Assembly: GCA_020634375.1 (NCBI GenBank)
Contig: JACKBX010000013.1
Location: 23,127-87,126, forward strand
Direction: 5' to 3'
Source: Ardenticatenaceae bacterium
GTDB lineage: Bacteria > Chloroflexota > Anaerolineae > Promineifilales > Promineifilaceae
DNA length: 64,000 nt
Shown one piece after another: positions 1 to 10,163 of this stretch. A program made the position numbers and the translations under genes. How positions within the stretch are numbered: position 1 is the stretch's first letter; each line of letters begins with the position of its first letter. The notes below the pieces were generated by a model. It saw only the letters and a program-made list of their open reading frames with translations. It was not told where the DNA came from and searched no databases.

Positions 1-9
1 GAAGCCGCA

Positions 10-3000
10 TTGGCTGAAAAGTATTGGGAGCAAATCCAATACCTGCTCCCCTCCGATTTTCCCCGTGAGAAAGTGTGGCTGGAACTACCTGGCAATTTGA
101 CGGCGATTTATGAGACCATGCAGGCAGATTGGTTAGGAGAATTTGCCACAGCACTGGCACGCCGCACAACGGAAATTGGCTATAAAATCGCTTTTTTTGG
201 CTGGCGTAATGGAGAACCGAGCATAGAAGCGTGGGAAACCAATGGAATGCTGCGCTTGCTGCACTATTGCCAACAATTTCCAGATAATCTGGGGGTTTCG
301 CTGCATGAATTTAGCGGCAGCCTGGACACCATTTCGCCCGACACAGCAGAGAATGAGATCGGCACTTTGAGTTTGGCTCCGCCAGACGGGGAACGGAGTG
401 GCATCGGCCGTTTCCGCCAGTTAGTTCAGGTTTGTCACGAGCAGGACATTACCGTGCCGCCTATCTTCATCAGCGAGTGGGGCTGGACGCGGGAGCGCAT
501 CCCCAACCCTGGGGCGGCGATGGAACACATTGTGCAGGTGAATGAGCAACTGTACAGCAACTACCCAGAAATACGCGGCGCGGCTTTGTGGACGTTGGAC
601 CCGGATGCGGGCGCGGTGGCGGATTCGGTGGCGGATTTGGTACGGCCGTTAACCGAACTAAGCCTCTCCTACCAGTTTGAAATCCACCCCCAAAATGGGG
701 ATTGGTCGGCGAACAGCTATGGGACAGACCCGTTTGTTGAAGAGTATGACGAAGATCCCTCTTTTGAGGAAGTCTCCCAACCAATTAGAGAAGAGGACAT
801 GGGCTATACCCGGCTGCGCTCGGTGATGGCCGATTTTTTCAATGAAGAAGAACTGCGTTCGTTGTGTTTTAATCTGGGTGTCGATTACGAAAATCTTCCA
901 GCGTCGGGCAAAGAAAATAAAGTGCGCGAATTAATCTCTCTAATCCTCACCCAAAGACGCAGTGAAGAGTTAATGGCCGAGTTAATTCGGCAACGTCCAG
1001 AGATTGGTTGGCAAGAAATTGTGTCAGGGCAACTATCGCCACCCGGGTTAGACTATGGACGCATTCGCACACTACCTGCCGTCATTAATGAGAGGTTCGA
1101 TGAAGCAGAACTTCGCAGCTTATGCTTTGAATTAGACGTGGATTATGAAAATTTACCCGCAGTGGGCAAAGCGGATAAAGTGCGGGAATTGGTGTCCTAT
1201 TTTGCCCGGCGGCAGCGTATTCCAGACCTGGCTTTAGCGTTACAACGAATGCGACCAAATGGTTTTTGGGAGGAATGGCTGGAAACAGACACGGCCGTTT
1301 CCACCTCATCATCCCCTCCCCCACAAACCGACTATCTACCGCTAGAAAGCGAAACCTTGCCTGAGTTGACGACACAGCAAACGGCCGTTGCCGACTTCAT
1401 CACCCAAACAGAAGCGCCAGCCATCAAAGGCGCCTTCCCCATCCCCACCAACATGGGCGAAAGCATCGAAAGCCAGATAACAGTAACGCAAGAAGCACGG
1501 CCGTTCCGCGCCTGGCTGGCCCCTTTCTCCGGCGAAGATGATGCGGGGTTCAAAACCATGTTGGCAGAAGATGAACCTTCGTGGCAAACAAATGCAGACG
1601 CCGGAGCCGAAGACATCGTCGCCCTCTATCGTTTGGCTCCGCACAACGAACTAACACACTTGTTCACCGTACAAAGCAGACCTGATGCCGAATCGCCTTT
1701 TCGCCTGCGAAAGGCACATCCGCTTAACCGTTCACTGCCAGAGGCAGAAATCGCCACACATCCGGCCATGCAGGGCTGGAAACCGCCTACCACTGCCGAT
1801 CAGCCGTTGGACTTAACGGCCGTCAACCTCTGGCAGCCCCTGCGCAGCCTCATCGCCGCCTGGAACCCAGACCTGATCGCCGACCTGGCCGAGTGGGAAG
1901 GGTTGACGGAAGAAGATGTGTGGCAAACGGCCGTTACTATCGCCCTGCAAATACCAGACAAAAACGGCCGTCTCCACACCCTTATCTCCCTCATCCAAAA
2001 ACGCCCCAGCACCATCACCAACGACGACCTGCTCAAGCAGTTCAACCTGGAAAGCGAATGGCGTGCCCGCCGCGCTGTCTGGAACACACTCCAACGCCCC
2101 ATCCCCCCAACCATGACTTTGGACGATGCGACAGCCATTTTGCGCAAACATGGCTACACCGACGCAAAAGAACTGTTGCAAAAAATAGATACCTCGTGGG
2201 AATCCATTGAAGACCCGCAACTGCGTGCTCGCGGTCATGCACTGCTGGCGCAAACCTACGAAGGGTTAGGTGATAACAAAAAAGCCCTCACCCAATGGCG
2301 CAAAGCCGCCGAACTCGACCCCGCCAACAGCGCCACCTTTGAAGGCATCGAGCGCTGTACACCAGATAATCAATTAGATAGGTCAGCACAGTTCATCGAA
2401 AAAGTAGCTGCCAAAGCGCCCGACAGTGCCGGGCCAACGGTGGGCATGGCGGCCATCGCGCAGCGGCGCAATGAGTATGAAAAAGCGGCAGAATTGCTAG
2501 AAACGGCCGTGCATCTCACCCAAGATCATGTCGAAAAACAACGCATCGAAACCCGCCGCGAAGTGATTGTGCAATATATCCCGCAAACGGCCGTACCCCC
2601 CGAAACCGCCCTGCATCCCACCCTCGACCCTCGCGAAAAAAGCCTCATCGAATTCCTCATCCGTCACGGCGGCAAAGAAGAAATCCGCCAGTTGTGCGCC
2701 GATCTGGGCATCGACGACGAAGAACTAAGAGAAGACGGCCTTAGCCGCATGGCGCGGGAATTTGTACGCCGCGTCGGTAAAGCCGGTAGATTGGCCGAAT
2801 TAGAAACCCTGGTACGGCAAAACCACCCCCGGCAGGCATTCGTCTTTCAAGAATCCGTACAAGAATTAATTGAAAATGCACAAGCCCTCCTGCCGCACAA
2901 TCCCGCGCAAGTGATTGAGTATTTACGCCAGCAAAAACAAGAATGGGAAATCGGCACAGCGCCGGAACGTGCCGCCATTCACAGCATTTTGGCGCAAGCC

Positions 3001-5541
3001 TTTGCTGCCACCGGCAACCACCGCATGGCCTATGCCCACTGGCAAAATCAGGCCCGCTTGCAGCCCAACGCCGCCAACGCGTTCAACGGCATGGCCGCTG
3101 CCGCACAGCAGCTCGGCGCAGATATGCTAGACAAAGCAGAGACGTGGATGCAGCAATTCAAGCAGCAAAATCCCACAGCCACTGGCCCAGCTATTGGGTT
3201 GGCCGCCATTGCCCAACTGCGCGGCGATTTGACAAAGGCAGCGGAACGACTGACGAACGCCCCCGCAGCCAGCCTGGTGCAGCAAGCGCAAATGGCCCAG
3301 GCTGCCCAACAACTGCTCGCCGCTAAACAAGCACCCCCGCCTGCTGATGACGCAGCGCAAGATGATGATACGGCCGTTCCCCCACCCCCAACCTTCGACC
3401 CAACCCACCTCGCCACACAGCCCAATGGCGAACTGGTCTCCAACCGGTTGAGCCGCACACTAAACGACCTAAGCAGCACGACAACAGGACTAGACGATAA
3501 CGCTCAAGTGCAGATTTTGCGCGAGTTTGTGCAGCAAACGTTGGCGCTGCCCACGCTGTCCGCCGCGCACAAGCAGGACTTGCGCCTGCGCAGCGCCCGC
3601 GTGTTGGCCGAAGCCACGCGCACGCAGCGTGTCACGCCGGAAATGACGACTGAACTGCGCCTACCGGTACTAGATTCGCTCTTTATCACGCAGCCACAGC
3701 AGCGGCGGGCGCTCATTCGCACAGTCAGCAGCTACCGGCAATCTGCCGGGCGGCGGCTGGCGCTGTTCTTACGCGACCAGGCACGCCGTCAAATCCGCAA
3801 AGACCTCGGCGCCAAAAAGGTGGCGGTATTGGTGGATGACAGCACGGCAGAAACGGCCGTACAAGAGGAGTATGATCGCGTGAAAACGGCCGTTTTTAGC
3901 GAAGGCAGCTTCCACCTCCAAAACCAGACCCTACAAACCCTGAGTGATATATGTAAAAGCAAGGATGAGCAGCCGGTGGGAAAATGGCGCACGGCCGTTG
4001 CCAAAAAGACCCTCACCCTCACCGGCAACCTCAACCATGACGTACTCGCCCTCGATTTTAGCCGCTACGACACAGACCCGCGCCAATTTTGGCTGCTGCT
4101 GCACGCCCTACTACACAGCATCGAAGGCCACCTGGCACACCTCGATAGCTGGGAACGCTTCCGGCGCAGCCCACTCCCCGACAGCATCAGCAGCATTCTG
4201 CTGGCCGCCTTCCACCCCGAAACACACCTACCCTACAAGAAACGCCGCGCCGAACAAATGCTGCGCAATTTGGAACTAGACGACAAAGAAACGCAGCTCG
4301 ACTATCGCACTTACATGGAATTTGCCCACAACCTGCTGCACGATCCTGACCTGGGCTTTGATGACCTCGATGATGTTGGCCTCTTTTTATACCAAATGAG
4401 CGGCAACCTGCTCTCTTTCGCGCCCGACCCCGGCGCAGAAATGGATGGACGCTTCACGCTGCATCCTCCTTTAGCCCGTGAAGTTATGCTCAAACCGGCA
4501 CATATTGACACTGCTCTCACCCTGCCGGACAGTGCGTTTGACCAAATCACTTCCGCACTCAATGCGGGCAACCACATCATCCTCATTGGCCCGCCGGGAA
4601 CAGGCAAAACAACGGTCGCGCAAGACATCAGCCGCCTGGCACATGACACCAATTGCAATCGCGGCTTCATTTCTGTGACAGCTACAGCCGATTGGACAAC
4701 GTTTGACACCATTGGCGGCTACATGCCCACGACTGATAATCGCCTTGCCTTCAGTGAGGGCATTGTGCTGCGTGCTATTCGGGAGAAAAAGTGGCTGATT
4801 ATCGACGAAATCAATCGCGCCGAAATTGACAAAGCGTTTGGCGAGATGTTCACAGTGTTATCTGGACAGCCCGTGACTCTGCCCTATCGGGATGGGCATC
4901 ATCCCATCCGCATTTTGCCGCCTGGTTACCCGGCACAAAGTGAAAAGGATTACGTGATTCCGCAAACGTGGCGCGTCATTGGCACGATGAATGTCTACGA
5001 CAAAGCATCGCTGTTTGAAATGTCGTATGCTTTTATGCGGCGGTTCGCTTTTGTGGACGTGGGCATTCCTGATAAAGACACATTCCCGCAGCTTATCAGT
5101 CTATTCTTACGGCAGGTTGATTTAGCGGATGATGACGAGAACGCAATTGCACAAGCACTGCGCGATAAATTATTTCATCACCAGAGCAAAGTGATGCATC
5201 ACCGACCACTGGGACCGGCCATTGCACGAGATATGATCCGTTATATGGCCCGCCGCTGCGAGCAAACCGGCGCGGCTACACCTGACCATGTAGCTGAGGC
5301 GTTTTTGCTGTATGCAGTGCCACAGTTTGATGGACTGGAAGAGCATAAAATTGTGGATGTGGTGAATGAGTTAAAGGATATTTTTACCCCGGCAGCCAAG
5401 ACCACACAGGCTATTTTCCACCGGTTGGAAGAGTTATTCCCGCAGTATCCACTATTGAAGAAGATGAAGGAGGAGGAGGGAGAAACGGCCGTTTCCGACA
5501 CAACTTCAACAGAAAACAAACCCGACAGCGGCCAAGAATAA
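10..5541 (+). CDS. Large multidomain protein that may start upstream of the window. It has a clan GH-A-like hydrolase region, three death-like/effector-associated-domain (EAD)-like repeats, a TPR region and a C-terminal McrB/AAA_5-type NTPase.
   Basis: The frame is open from nt 1. NGEP and ISEWGW lie about 90 aa apart, like a GH-A acid/base plus nucleophile. Three ~65-aa repeats of the form F-x-EEELRSLCF-x-LGVDYENLP-x-GK-x-KVRELI lie at nt ~805-1020, ~1058-1260 and ~2630-2830. TPR-like helices are present (e.g. ALTQWRKAAELDPANS). Walker A GPPGTGKTT is at nt 4589-4615. LIIDEINRAEIDKAFGE and VIGTMNVYD..FMRRFAFV match the E. coli McrB signatures DEINRANLSKVFGE and GLMNTAD..LRRRFSF. Confidence 0.85.
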   Translation: MAEKYWEQIQYLLPSDFPREKVWLELPGNLTAIYETMQADWLGEFATALARRTTEIGYKIAFFGWRNGEPSIEAWETNGMLRLLHYCQQFPDNLGVSLHEFSGSLDTISPDTAENEIGTLSLAPPDGERSGIGRFRQLVQVCHEQDITVPPIFISEWGWTRERIPNPGAAMEHIVQVNEQLYSNYPEIRGAALWTLDPDAGAVADSVADLVRPLTELSLSYQFEIHPQNGDWSANSYGTDPFVEEYDEDPSFEEVSQPIREEDMGYTRLRSVMADFFNEEELRSLCFNLGVDYENLPASGKENKVRELISLILTQRRSEELMAELIRQRPEIGWQEIVSGQLSPPGLDYGRIRTLPAVINERFDEAELRSLCFELDVDYENLPAVGKADKVRELVSYFARRQRIPDLALALQRMRPNGFWEEWLETDTAVSTSSSPPPQTDYLPLESETLPELTTQQTAVADFITQTEAPAIKGAFPIPTNMGESIESQITVTQEARPFRAWLAPFSGEDDAGFKTMLAEDEPSWQTNADAGAEDIVALYRLAPHNELTHLFTVQSRPDAESPFRLRKAHPLNRSLPEAEIATHPAMQGWKPPTTADQPLDLTAVNLWQPLRSLIAAWNPDLIADLAEWEGLTEEDVWQTAVTIALQIPDKNGRLHTLISLIQKRPSTITNDDLLKQFNLESEWRARRAVWNTLQRPIPPTMTLDDATAILRKHGYTDAKELLQKIDTSWESIEDPQLRARGHALLAQTYEGLGDNKKALTQWRKAAELDPANSATFEGIERCTPDNQLDRSAQFIEKVAAKAPDSAGPTVGMAAIAQRRNEYEKAAELLETAVHLTQDHVEKQRIETRREVIVQYIPQTAVPPETALHPTLDPREKSLIEFLIRHGGKEEIRQLCADLGIDDEELREDGLSRMAREFVRRVGKAGRLAELETLVRQNHPRQAFVFQESVQELIENAQALLPHNPAQVIEYLRQQKQEWEIGTAPERAAIHSILAQAFAATGNHRMAYAHWQNQARLQPNAANAFNGMAAAAQQLGADMLDKAETWMQQFKQQNPTATGPAIGLAAIAQLRGDLTKAAERLTNAPAASLVQQAQMAQAAQQLLAAKQAPPPADDAAQDDDTAVPPPPTFDPTHLATQPNGELVSNRLSRTLNDLSSTTTGLDDNAQVQILREFVQQTLALPTLSAAHKQDLRLRSARVLAEATRTQRVTPEMTTELRLPVLDSLFITQPQQRRALIRTVSSYRQSAGRRLALFLRDQARRQIRKDLGAKKVAVLVDDSTAETAVQEEYDRVKTAVFSEGSFHLQNQTLQTLSDICKSKDEQPVGKWRTAVAKKTLTLTGNLNHDVLALDFSRYDTDPRQFWLLLHALLHSIEGHLAHLDSWERFRRSPLPDSISSILLAAFHPETHLPYKKRRAEQMLRNLELDDKETQLDYRTYMEFAHNLLHDPDLGFDDLDDVGLFLYQMSGNLLSFAPDPGAEMDGRFTLHPPLAREVMLKPAHIDTALTLPDSAFDQITSALNAGNHIILIGPPGTGKTTVAQDISRLAHDTNCNRGFISVTATADWTTFDTIGGYMPTTDNRLAFSEGIVLRAIREKKWLIIDEINRAEIDKAFGEMFTVLSGQPVTLPYRDGHHPIRILPPGYPAQSEKDYVIPQTWRVIGTMNVYDKASLFEMSYAFMRRFAFVDVGIPDKDTFPQLISLFLRQVDLADDDENAIAQALRDKLFHHQSKVMHHRPLGPAIARDMIRYMARRCEQTGAATPDHVAEAFLLYAVPQFDGLEEHKIVDVVNELKDIFTPAAKTTQAIFHRLEELFPQYPLLKKMKEEEGETAVSDTTSTENKPDSGQE

Positions 5542-5567
5542 AGCCATGCTAACATGCTAACAGCCTC

Positions 5568-5596
5568 TTGACTTCCATGACGCGCTGTGTTATATT
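5568..5596 (+). promoter_or_regulatory. Sigma70-like promoter for the phasin-like gene
   Basis: TTGACT (5568-5573), 17-nt spacer, TATATT (5591-5596). A second ATGACGC..GTTATAAT copy lies just downstream. Confidence 0.5.
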
Positions 5597-5660
5597 CTTT
5601 ATGACGCAACGCGTTATAATTGCAAATATAACAAGGATTTAGACCCTTTGGAGGCATAAA

Positions 5661-5942
5661 ATGGCAAAGAAACAAGAAGCGACTGTAGAAGTCGTAGTGG
5701 AAGAAGTAGCAGAAAAGAAAAATGTACTATTTGACACAGCTCACAAAGCACTCCTGATTGGCTTTGGGGTTATCGGCATGAGCCAAGACTTCATCGTGGA
5801 TGGTCGGGAAGAGATGAACAAATTGTTTGACAAACTCGTTGGTCGTGGCGAAGAAATGGAAAAAGAGAGCCGCGAATGGGTTCAAGATGTCATGAAGCGC
5901 AACAAGAAAGTCGAAGAAGAAGTTGCCGTGGAAATGGCATAA
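5661..5942 (+). CDS. Small phasin-like (PHA granule-associated family-like) protein
   Basis: GGAGG RBS before the ATG. The charged helical sequence ..ALLIGFGVIGMSQD..EEMNKLFDKLVGRGEEMEKE.. resembles the phasin_2 pattern. A terminator follows. Confidence 0.55.
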   Translation: MAKKQEATVEVVVEEVAEKKNVLFDTAHKALLIGFGVIGMSQDFIVDGREEMNKLFDKLVGRGEEMEKESREWVQDVMKRNKKVEEEVAVEMA

Positions 5943-5968
5943 GCAAACTCCTTTCATCAAGCGCAAAG

Positions 5969-5999
5969 AGGGAGATGGATCAAACCATCTCCCTTTTTG
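5969..5999 (+). terminator. Rho-independent terminator
   Basis: Stem AGGGAGATGG / CCATCTCCCT, loop ATCAAA, then a T-run. Confidence 0.65.
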
Positions 6000-6031
6000 T
6001 TTCTATGCTCTGTCACACTTCGCTTAAAAAA

Positions 6032-6415
6032 TCAGGTACTAACTGGCAAACCTAAGATTTCCACCACTTTCTCGCGCAATTCCTTAGGCATGAATGGCTT
6101 GGTCATATACGCTGTCACATCCTGCAAGTGAGCGATAACGCGATGCGTGGCACTGGTTTGGGCAGTCAGGACAATCACACTTGTAGGTTGGCGTTCCCAG
6201 GTGTGAATTTCTTTCAATACATTCCAGCCATTAATGTCTGGTAACATAATATCCAGAATCAATAAATCAGCCTGATAGTGGCGCAGTAACTCGATGGCTT
6301 CCTGGCCTGTTTTGGCGTGGCGTAGCTGAATAGGTAGACTTGCCAGCGTAAGGCGAATAATCTCAAAGAGATCTTGGTCATCTTCTACACTCACGATGCA
6401 GGGTACGTTGCTCAT
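6032..6415 (-). CDS. Single-domain response regulator (CheY-like receiver)
   Basis: VEDDQD.., LLILDIMLPDINGW, LTAQ and YMTKPF are canonical receiver motifs. Confidence 0.85.
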   Translation of the reverse strand: MSNVPCIVSVEDDQDLFEIIRLTLASLPIQLRHAKTGQEAIELLRHYQADLLILDIMLPDINGWNVLKEIHTWERQPTSVIVLTAQTSATHRVIAHLQDVTAYMTKPFMPKELREKVVEILGLPVST

Positions 6416-6620
6416 AACTATCCCTTTTAGTAGACTACGCTAAGGCGCTGATTACAAGCGTAATAGATCAAATGCGTTGCGTCAAGACAAGAGAGTTATT
6501 GCGTGGTTGTTCTTAGGAACCGCGCTCTTTCCAAGAAACACAGTCCTGCAAAAATTTAAATACTACCGCAATAAACCACCTACAATGTTATTGCATGGGG
6601 CAAGCCAAGGAGAATGATTT

Positions 6621-7562
6621 ATGGGTGAATACGCAGTTGAAGTTCATGATTTGCATAAAGATTTTGGCGAGGTCTACGCGGTCAAAGGCGTTTCCTTCAA
6701 TGTGCAGAGGGGAGAAATATTTAGCCTGTTGGGGCCGAACGGGGCGGGCAAAAGTACGACTATTTCCATGTTGGCCTGCTTACAACGGCCGTCCCAAGGG
6801 GATGCACTTGTGATGGGACATTCGGTAACGGCCGTTCCCCAACAAGCCAAAGCAGCCCTCGGCATCGTCCCCCAAGAAATCGCTCTATACGATGATTTGT
6901 CAGCCCGCGAAAACCTCGATTTTTGGGGCAAAATGTACGGCTTACGCGGCGCAGCATTGCAAAAACAGGTTGATGACGTGCTAGAACTGATTGGCCTGAC
7001 CGACCGGCAAAAAGGGCGCATCGGCAAATTCTCCGGCGGGATGAAACGGCGTGTCAACATCGGCGCGGCGCTGCTGCACAAGCCAGACATTATCATCATG
7101 GATGAGCCGACTGTGGGCATCGACCCGCAAAGCCGCCGTCACATTCTGGATGGGGTAAAAGCGTTGAACCAACAGGGGATGACCGTTTTGTACACGACCC
7201 ATTACATGGAAGAAGCGCAGGAACTTTCCGACCACATCGCCATTATGGATCAGGGCGAGATCATCGCCTTGGGCACGCACGGTGAATTGGTGCGGATTGT
7301 GGGTGAACAGGATCGGATTGATTTGCGTATCAACGCCCCCTCGGAGTTGGTGATGGCGCACTGGCAAGAAGTCCCCGGTGTTTCACAGGTCACGGCCGAT
7401 GATGGCCTGATTTCGCTTCTGGCTGATGACAGCAACGTAGTTTTGCCCCGTTTGTTTGAAGTGGCAACGGCCGTTAACGTGCGCATCACCTCAGTAGAAA
7501 TTCAGGAACCCAACCTGGAAACCGTCTTCCTGCACCTCACCGGGCGGGCCTTGCGGGATTAA
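6621..7562 (+). CDS. ABC transporter ATP-binding protein (ABC-2 exporter type)
   Basis: Walker A GPNGAGKST, signature FSGGMKRRV, Walker B IIIMDEPT. AAGGAG RBS. Confidence 0.9.
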   Translation: MGEYAVEVHDLHKDFGEVYAVKGVSFNVQRGEIFSLLGPNGAGKSTTISMLACLQRPSQGDALVMGHSVTAVPQQAKAALGIVPQEIALYDDLSARENLDFWGKMYGLRGAALQKQVDDVLELIGLTDRQKGRIGKFSGGMKRRVNIGAALLHKPDIIIMDEPTVGIDPQSRRHILDGVKALNQQGMTVLYTTHYMEEAQELSDHIAIMDQGEIIALGTHGELVRIVGEQDRIDLRINAPSELVMAHWQEVPGVSQVTADDGLISLLADDSNVVLPRLFEVATAVNVRITSVEIQEPNLETVFLHLTGRALRD

Positions 7563-7565
7563 ATC

Positions 7566-8888
7566 ATGAAACTATTCGATATTGCCTTCAAAGATATGCG
7601 CCAGTCACTGCGCAGCCTAAGCGGGATCATGTTCATGTTCGTCGTTCCGGTGCTGGTGACGGTGCTGTTCTATTTCATGTTTGGCGGGGCCAGCGCTGAC
7701 GATGAAGACAGCTTCGCCCTGCCCCGCACCGACGTACTGCTGGTTAATCTGGACGCGGGAACGCTGCCGGAGAATGCCGACCTGAGCAGTGAATTTTCGG
7801 CCGGGCAGTCGGCCGCATTGGGTAGTGTCACGTCGATGGGCGAACTGCTGGCCCAAATCTTGCAGCAAGATGCGTTTGCCGATTTGCTGGCTGTCCGGGA
7901 AGTGGATGATGCGACGGCAGCCCGCACGGCCGTTGACAACCAGGAAGCAAGCGTAGCGATCATTATCCCATCTAATTTTACCGATGCGTTGCTGATCACC
8001 CAGGAAACGGCCGTGATCGAACTGTACCAGGACCCCACCCTCACCATTGGCCCGGCCATCGTCGAATCCCTCATCAAACAGTTCGCCGACAGCTTTGTGT
8101 CCACCAAAATCGGCACCGGCGTCGTTATTGAGCAGTTAGTCAAGTCGGGTGCGGCGATAAATGGCGCGTTGGTTGAGGAAATAGTGAGGAAGTTTACGGC
8201 CGTTGCCATGGAATCCGCCCAAACCACCGGTGCTCTCATCAACGTCCAGCCTCCGCCCGGCGCGAACAGCGAAGCCGGTCTCATCGGCGAAATTCTAGGG
8301 CAGATTTTGGGCGGCATGATGACCTTCTTTGCTTTTTTCACCGGCTCGGCCATCTTGCAATCCATCCTCATCGAAGAAGAGCAGGGGACGCTGGCCCGCC
8401 TGTTCACCACACCAACCCAGATTCGCACCATCATTGGCGGCAAAGTGACGGCCACATTCCTCATGCTTTTTGTGCAGGTCACGACGCTCCTCCTGTTTGG
8501 CCGGTTGGTGTTCAAGATAAATTGGGGCACGGCACTGCCGATTATCCTGGCGGTGGGGGGTATCATTGTCATGTCTGTTGCGACCGGGCTGCTGCTGGTC
8601 TCGTTGATGAAAAACACACGCCAGGCCGGAGTGGTGTATGGCGGCGTCCTGACGTTGACCGGCATGATTGGCATGATCACAATTTTTACTGGCGGCGGAG
8701 CCAACACATCACCAATGGTGCGTACCGTATCCCTCTTTGTCCCTCAAGGCTGGGCGGTGCGCGGCCTGCAAACGGCAATGAACGGCGGCACAGCAGCCGA
8801 TATACTGCCCACACTGGCCGGACTGCTGGTCTGGGTTGTCATCTTTGCAGCCATCGGCCAATATCGTTTGCAAAGACGTTTCGCTTAA
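7566..8888 (+). CDS. ABC-2 family transporter permease
   Basis: N-terminal TM segment, large extracytoplasmic loop and a C-terminal cluster of TM helices. Starts 4 nt after the ATPase stop. Confidence 0.8.
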   Translation: MKLFDIAFKDMRQSLRSLSGIMFMFVVPVLVTVLFYFMFGGASADDEDSFALPRTDVLLVNLDAGTLPENADLSSEFSAGQSAALGSVTSMGELLAQILQQDAFADLLAVREVDDATAARTAVDNQEASVAIIIPSNFTDALLITQETAVIELYQDPTLTIGPAIVESLIKQFADSFVSTKIGTGVVIEQLVKSGAAINGALVEEIVRKFTAVAMESAQTTGALINVQPPPGANSEAGLIGEILGQILGGMMTFFAFFTGSAILQSILIEEEQGTLARLFTTPTQIRTIIGGKVTATFLMLFVQVTTLLLFGRLVFKINWGTALPIILAVGGIIVMSVATGLLLVSLMKNTRQAGVVYGGVLTLTGMIGMITIFTGGGANTSPMVRTVSLFVPQGWAVRGLQTAMNGGTAADILPTLAGLLVWVVIFAAIGQYRLQRRFA

Positions 8889-8906
8889 AAAAATAAGGAT
8901 TATTTC

Positions 8907-10136
8907 ATGCGCGTTGTGGATTTAGCAATTAAAGATTTGCGGCAGATTTTACGGGAACGGCAGTCGGCATTTTTTTTGTTGATTATGCCTGTGGTCTTTA
9001 CGCTGCTTTTTGGCTTTGCCTTTGGCGGATTTGGCGGCGGTGATGATGAAGACCCACGACTGCCGGTAGGTTTTCTCAACCAGGATGCGGGCACGGTCTC
9101 TGAGGATCTGGTCACGCTCCTGGCACAATCTGACGTAATCCGGCTGGTAACAGACACGATGGATGTGGCCGACCTGGAGACGCAAGTTAAAGATGGCGTC
9201 ACCGCTGCCGCTGTCATTGTTCCCGCCGGGTACGGCCAACACATGACGGCTGGCGAACTGGTTCCACTGACGGTGATCGTTGATTCGGGCAATGCCAGTG
9301 GGATAACGGCTCAAGAGGAAGTGACGGCGGCTGTCACCCGATTGTTGAGCGCTTTGCAAACGGCACAGGTGGGAATGGAAACGGCCGTCTCCCAAAACGT
9401 CATCTCGGAGAGCGACAAACCCGCCTATTTTGAGACCACATTAGCCCGCGCCATCACCGCCTGGGCCGCACCGCCCATACAAGTGGCAGTCTCGCAATCA
9501 GGGGCGGTGGATGAAAGTGGAACGGAAACGGCCGTTTCCAGCGACAACGCCTTCGCCCACTCCTCCCCCGGTATGATGGCTCAATTCGCCATCGCTGGTC
9601 TGATCACCGCAGCGCAAATTCTGGTATTGGAACGGAAAAGCGGCTCCCTGCGCCGCTTGTTGACGACTGATATGTCACGCGGCAGCATTTTACTGGGCCA
9701 TTACCTGGCGATGTTTGTCACGATTTTAGCCCAACTGTTCATTCTCATCTTGTTCGGGCAGTTGTTCCTCAAACTGCCCTACTTTCAGGAACCGGCGGCA
9801 ACACTGCTGCTAACCGTCGCTTCGGCGCTGTTTGCCGCCAGTTTGGGCCTGCTCATTGGCGCATTAGCGCAATCGGAGGAGCAGGCCATCATCTTCTCGC
9901 TGGTGCCGATGTTTGTGCTGGCCGGTCTAGGAGGAGCCTGGGTTCCACTGGAATTTACGCCAGAAGGGTTTCAGCGCATCGCTTTTTTTACACCTATAGC
10001 CTGGATGATGGATGGATTCAAAGATATTATTGTGCGCGGTTTGGGCTTGGAAGCGGTGTTGTTGGCAACGGCCGTTCTCATCATCTACGCCATCATCTTT
10101 TGGGGATTGGCCGCCTGGCGCTTCCGATTTGAGTAA
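8907..10136 (+). CDS. ABC-2 family transporter permease (second subunit)
   Basis: Same architecture as the preceding permease. AAGGA RBS. Confidence 0.8.
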   Translation: MRVVDLAIKDLRQILRERQSAFFLLIMPVVFTLLFGFAFGGFGGGDDEDPRLPVGFLNQDAGTVSEDLVTLLAQSDVIRLVTDTMDVADLETQVKDGVTAAAVIVPAGYGQHMTAGELVPLTVIVDSGNASGITAQEEVTAAVTRLLSALQTAQVGMETAVSQNVISESDKPAYFETTLARAITAWAAPPIQVAVSQSGAVDESGTETAVSSDNAFAHSSPGMMAQFAIAGLITAAQILVLERKSGSLRRLLTTDMSRGSILLGHYLAMFVTILAQLFILILFGQLFLKLPYFQEPAATLLLTVASALFAASLGLLIGALAQSEEQAIIFSLVPMFVLAGLGGAWVPLEFTPEGFQRIAFFTPIAWMMDGFKDIIVRGLGLEAVLLATAVLIIYAIIFWGLAAWRFRFE

Positions 10137-10163
10137 GTTGAAATTCCGTGTTTTTCAGTCAAC

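Noticed and set aside
4021-5460. 1.4-kb stretch of the first gene (the McrB-like domain) lacking ACGGCCGT, as a hint of a recently fused module
   Set aside because: With about one copy per 0.5 kb, a 1.4-kb gap is not statistically convincing. Similar gaps occur in clearly native genes, for example 19.3-21.5 kb.
7670-8707. 345-aa minus-strand ORF
   Set aside because: It is antisense to the ABC-2 permease. It is rich in S/T/P/M and has no domain signature.
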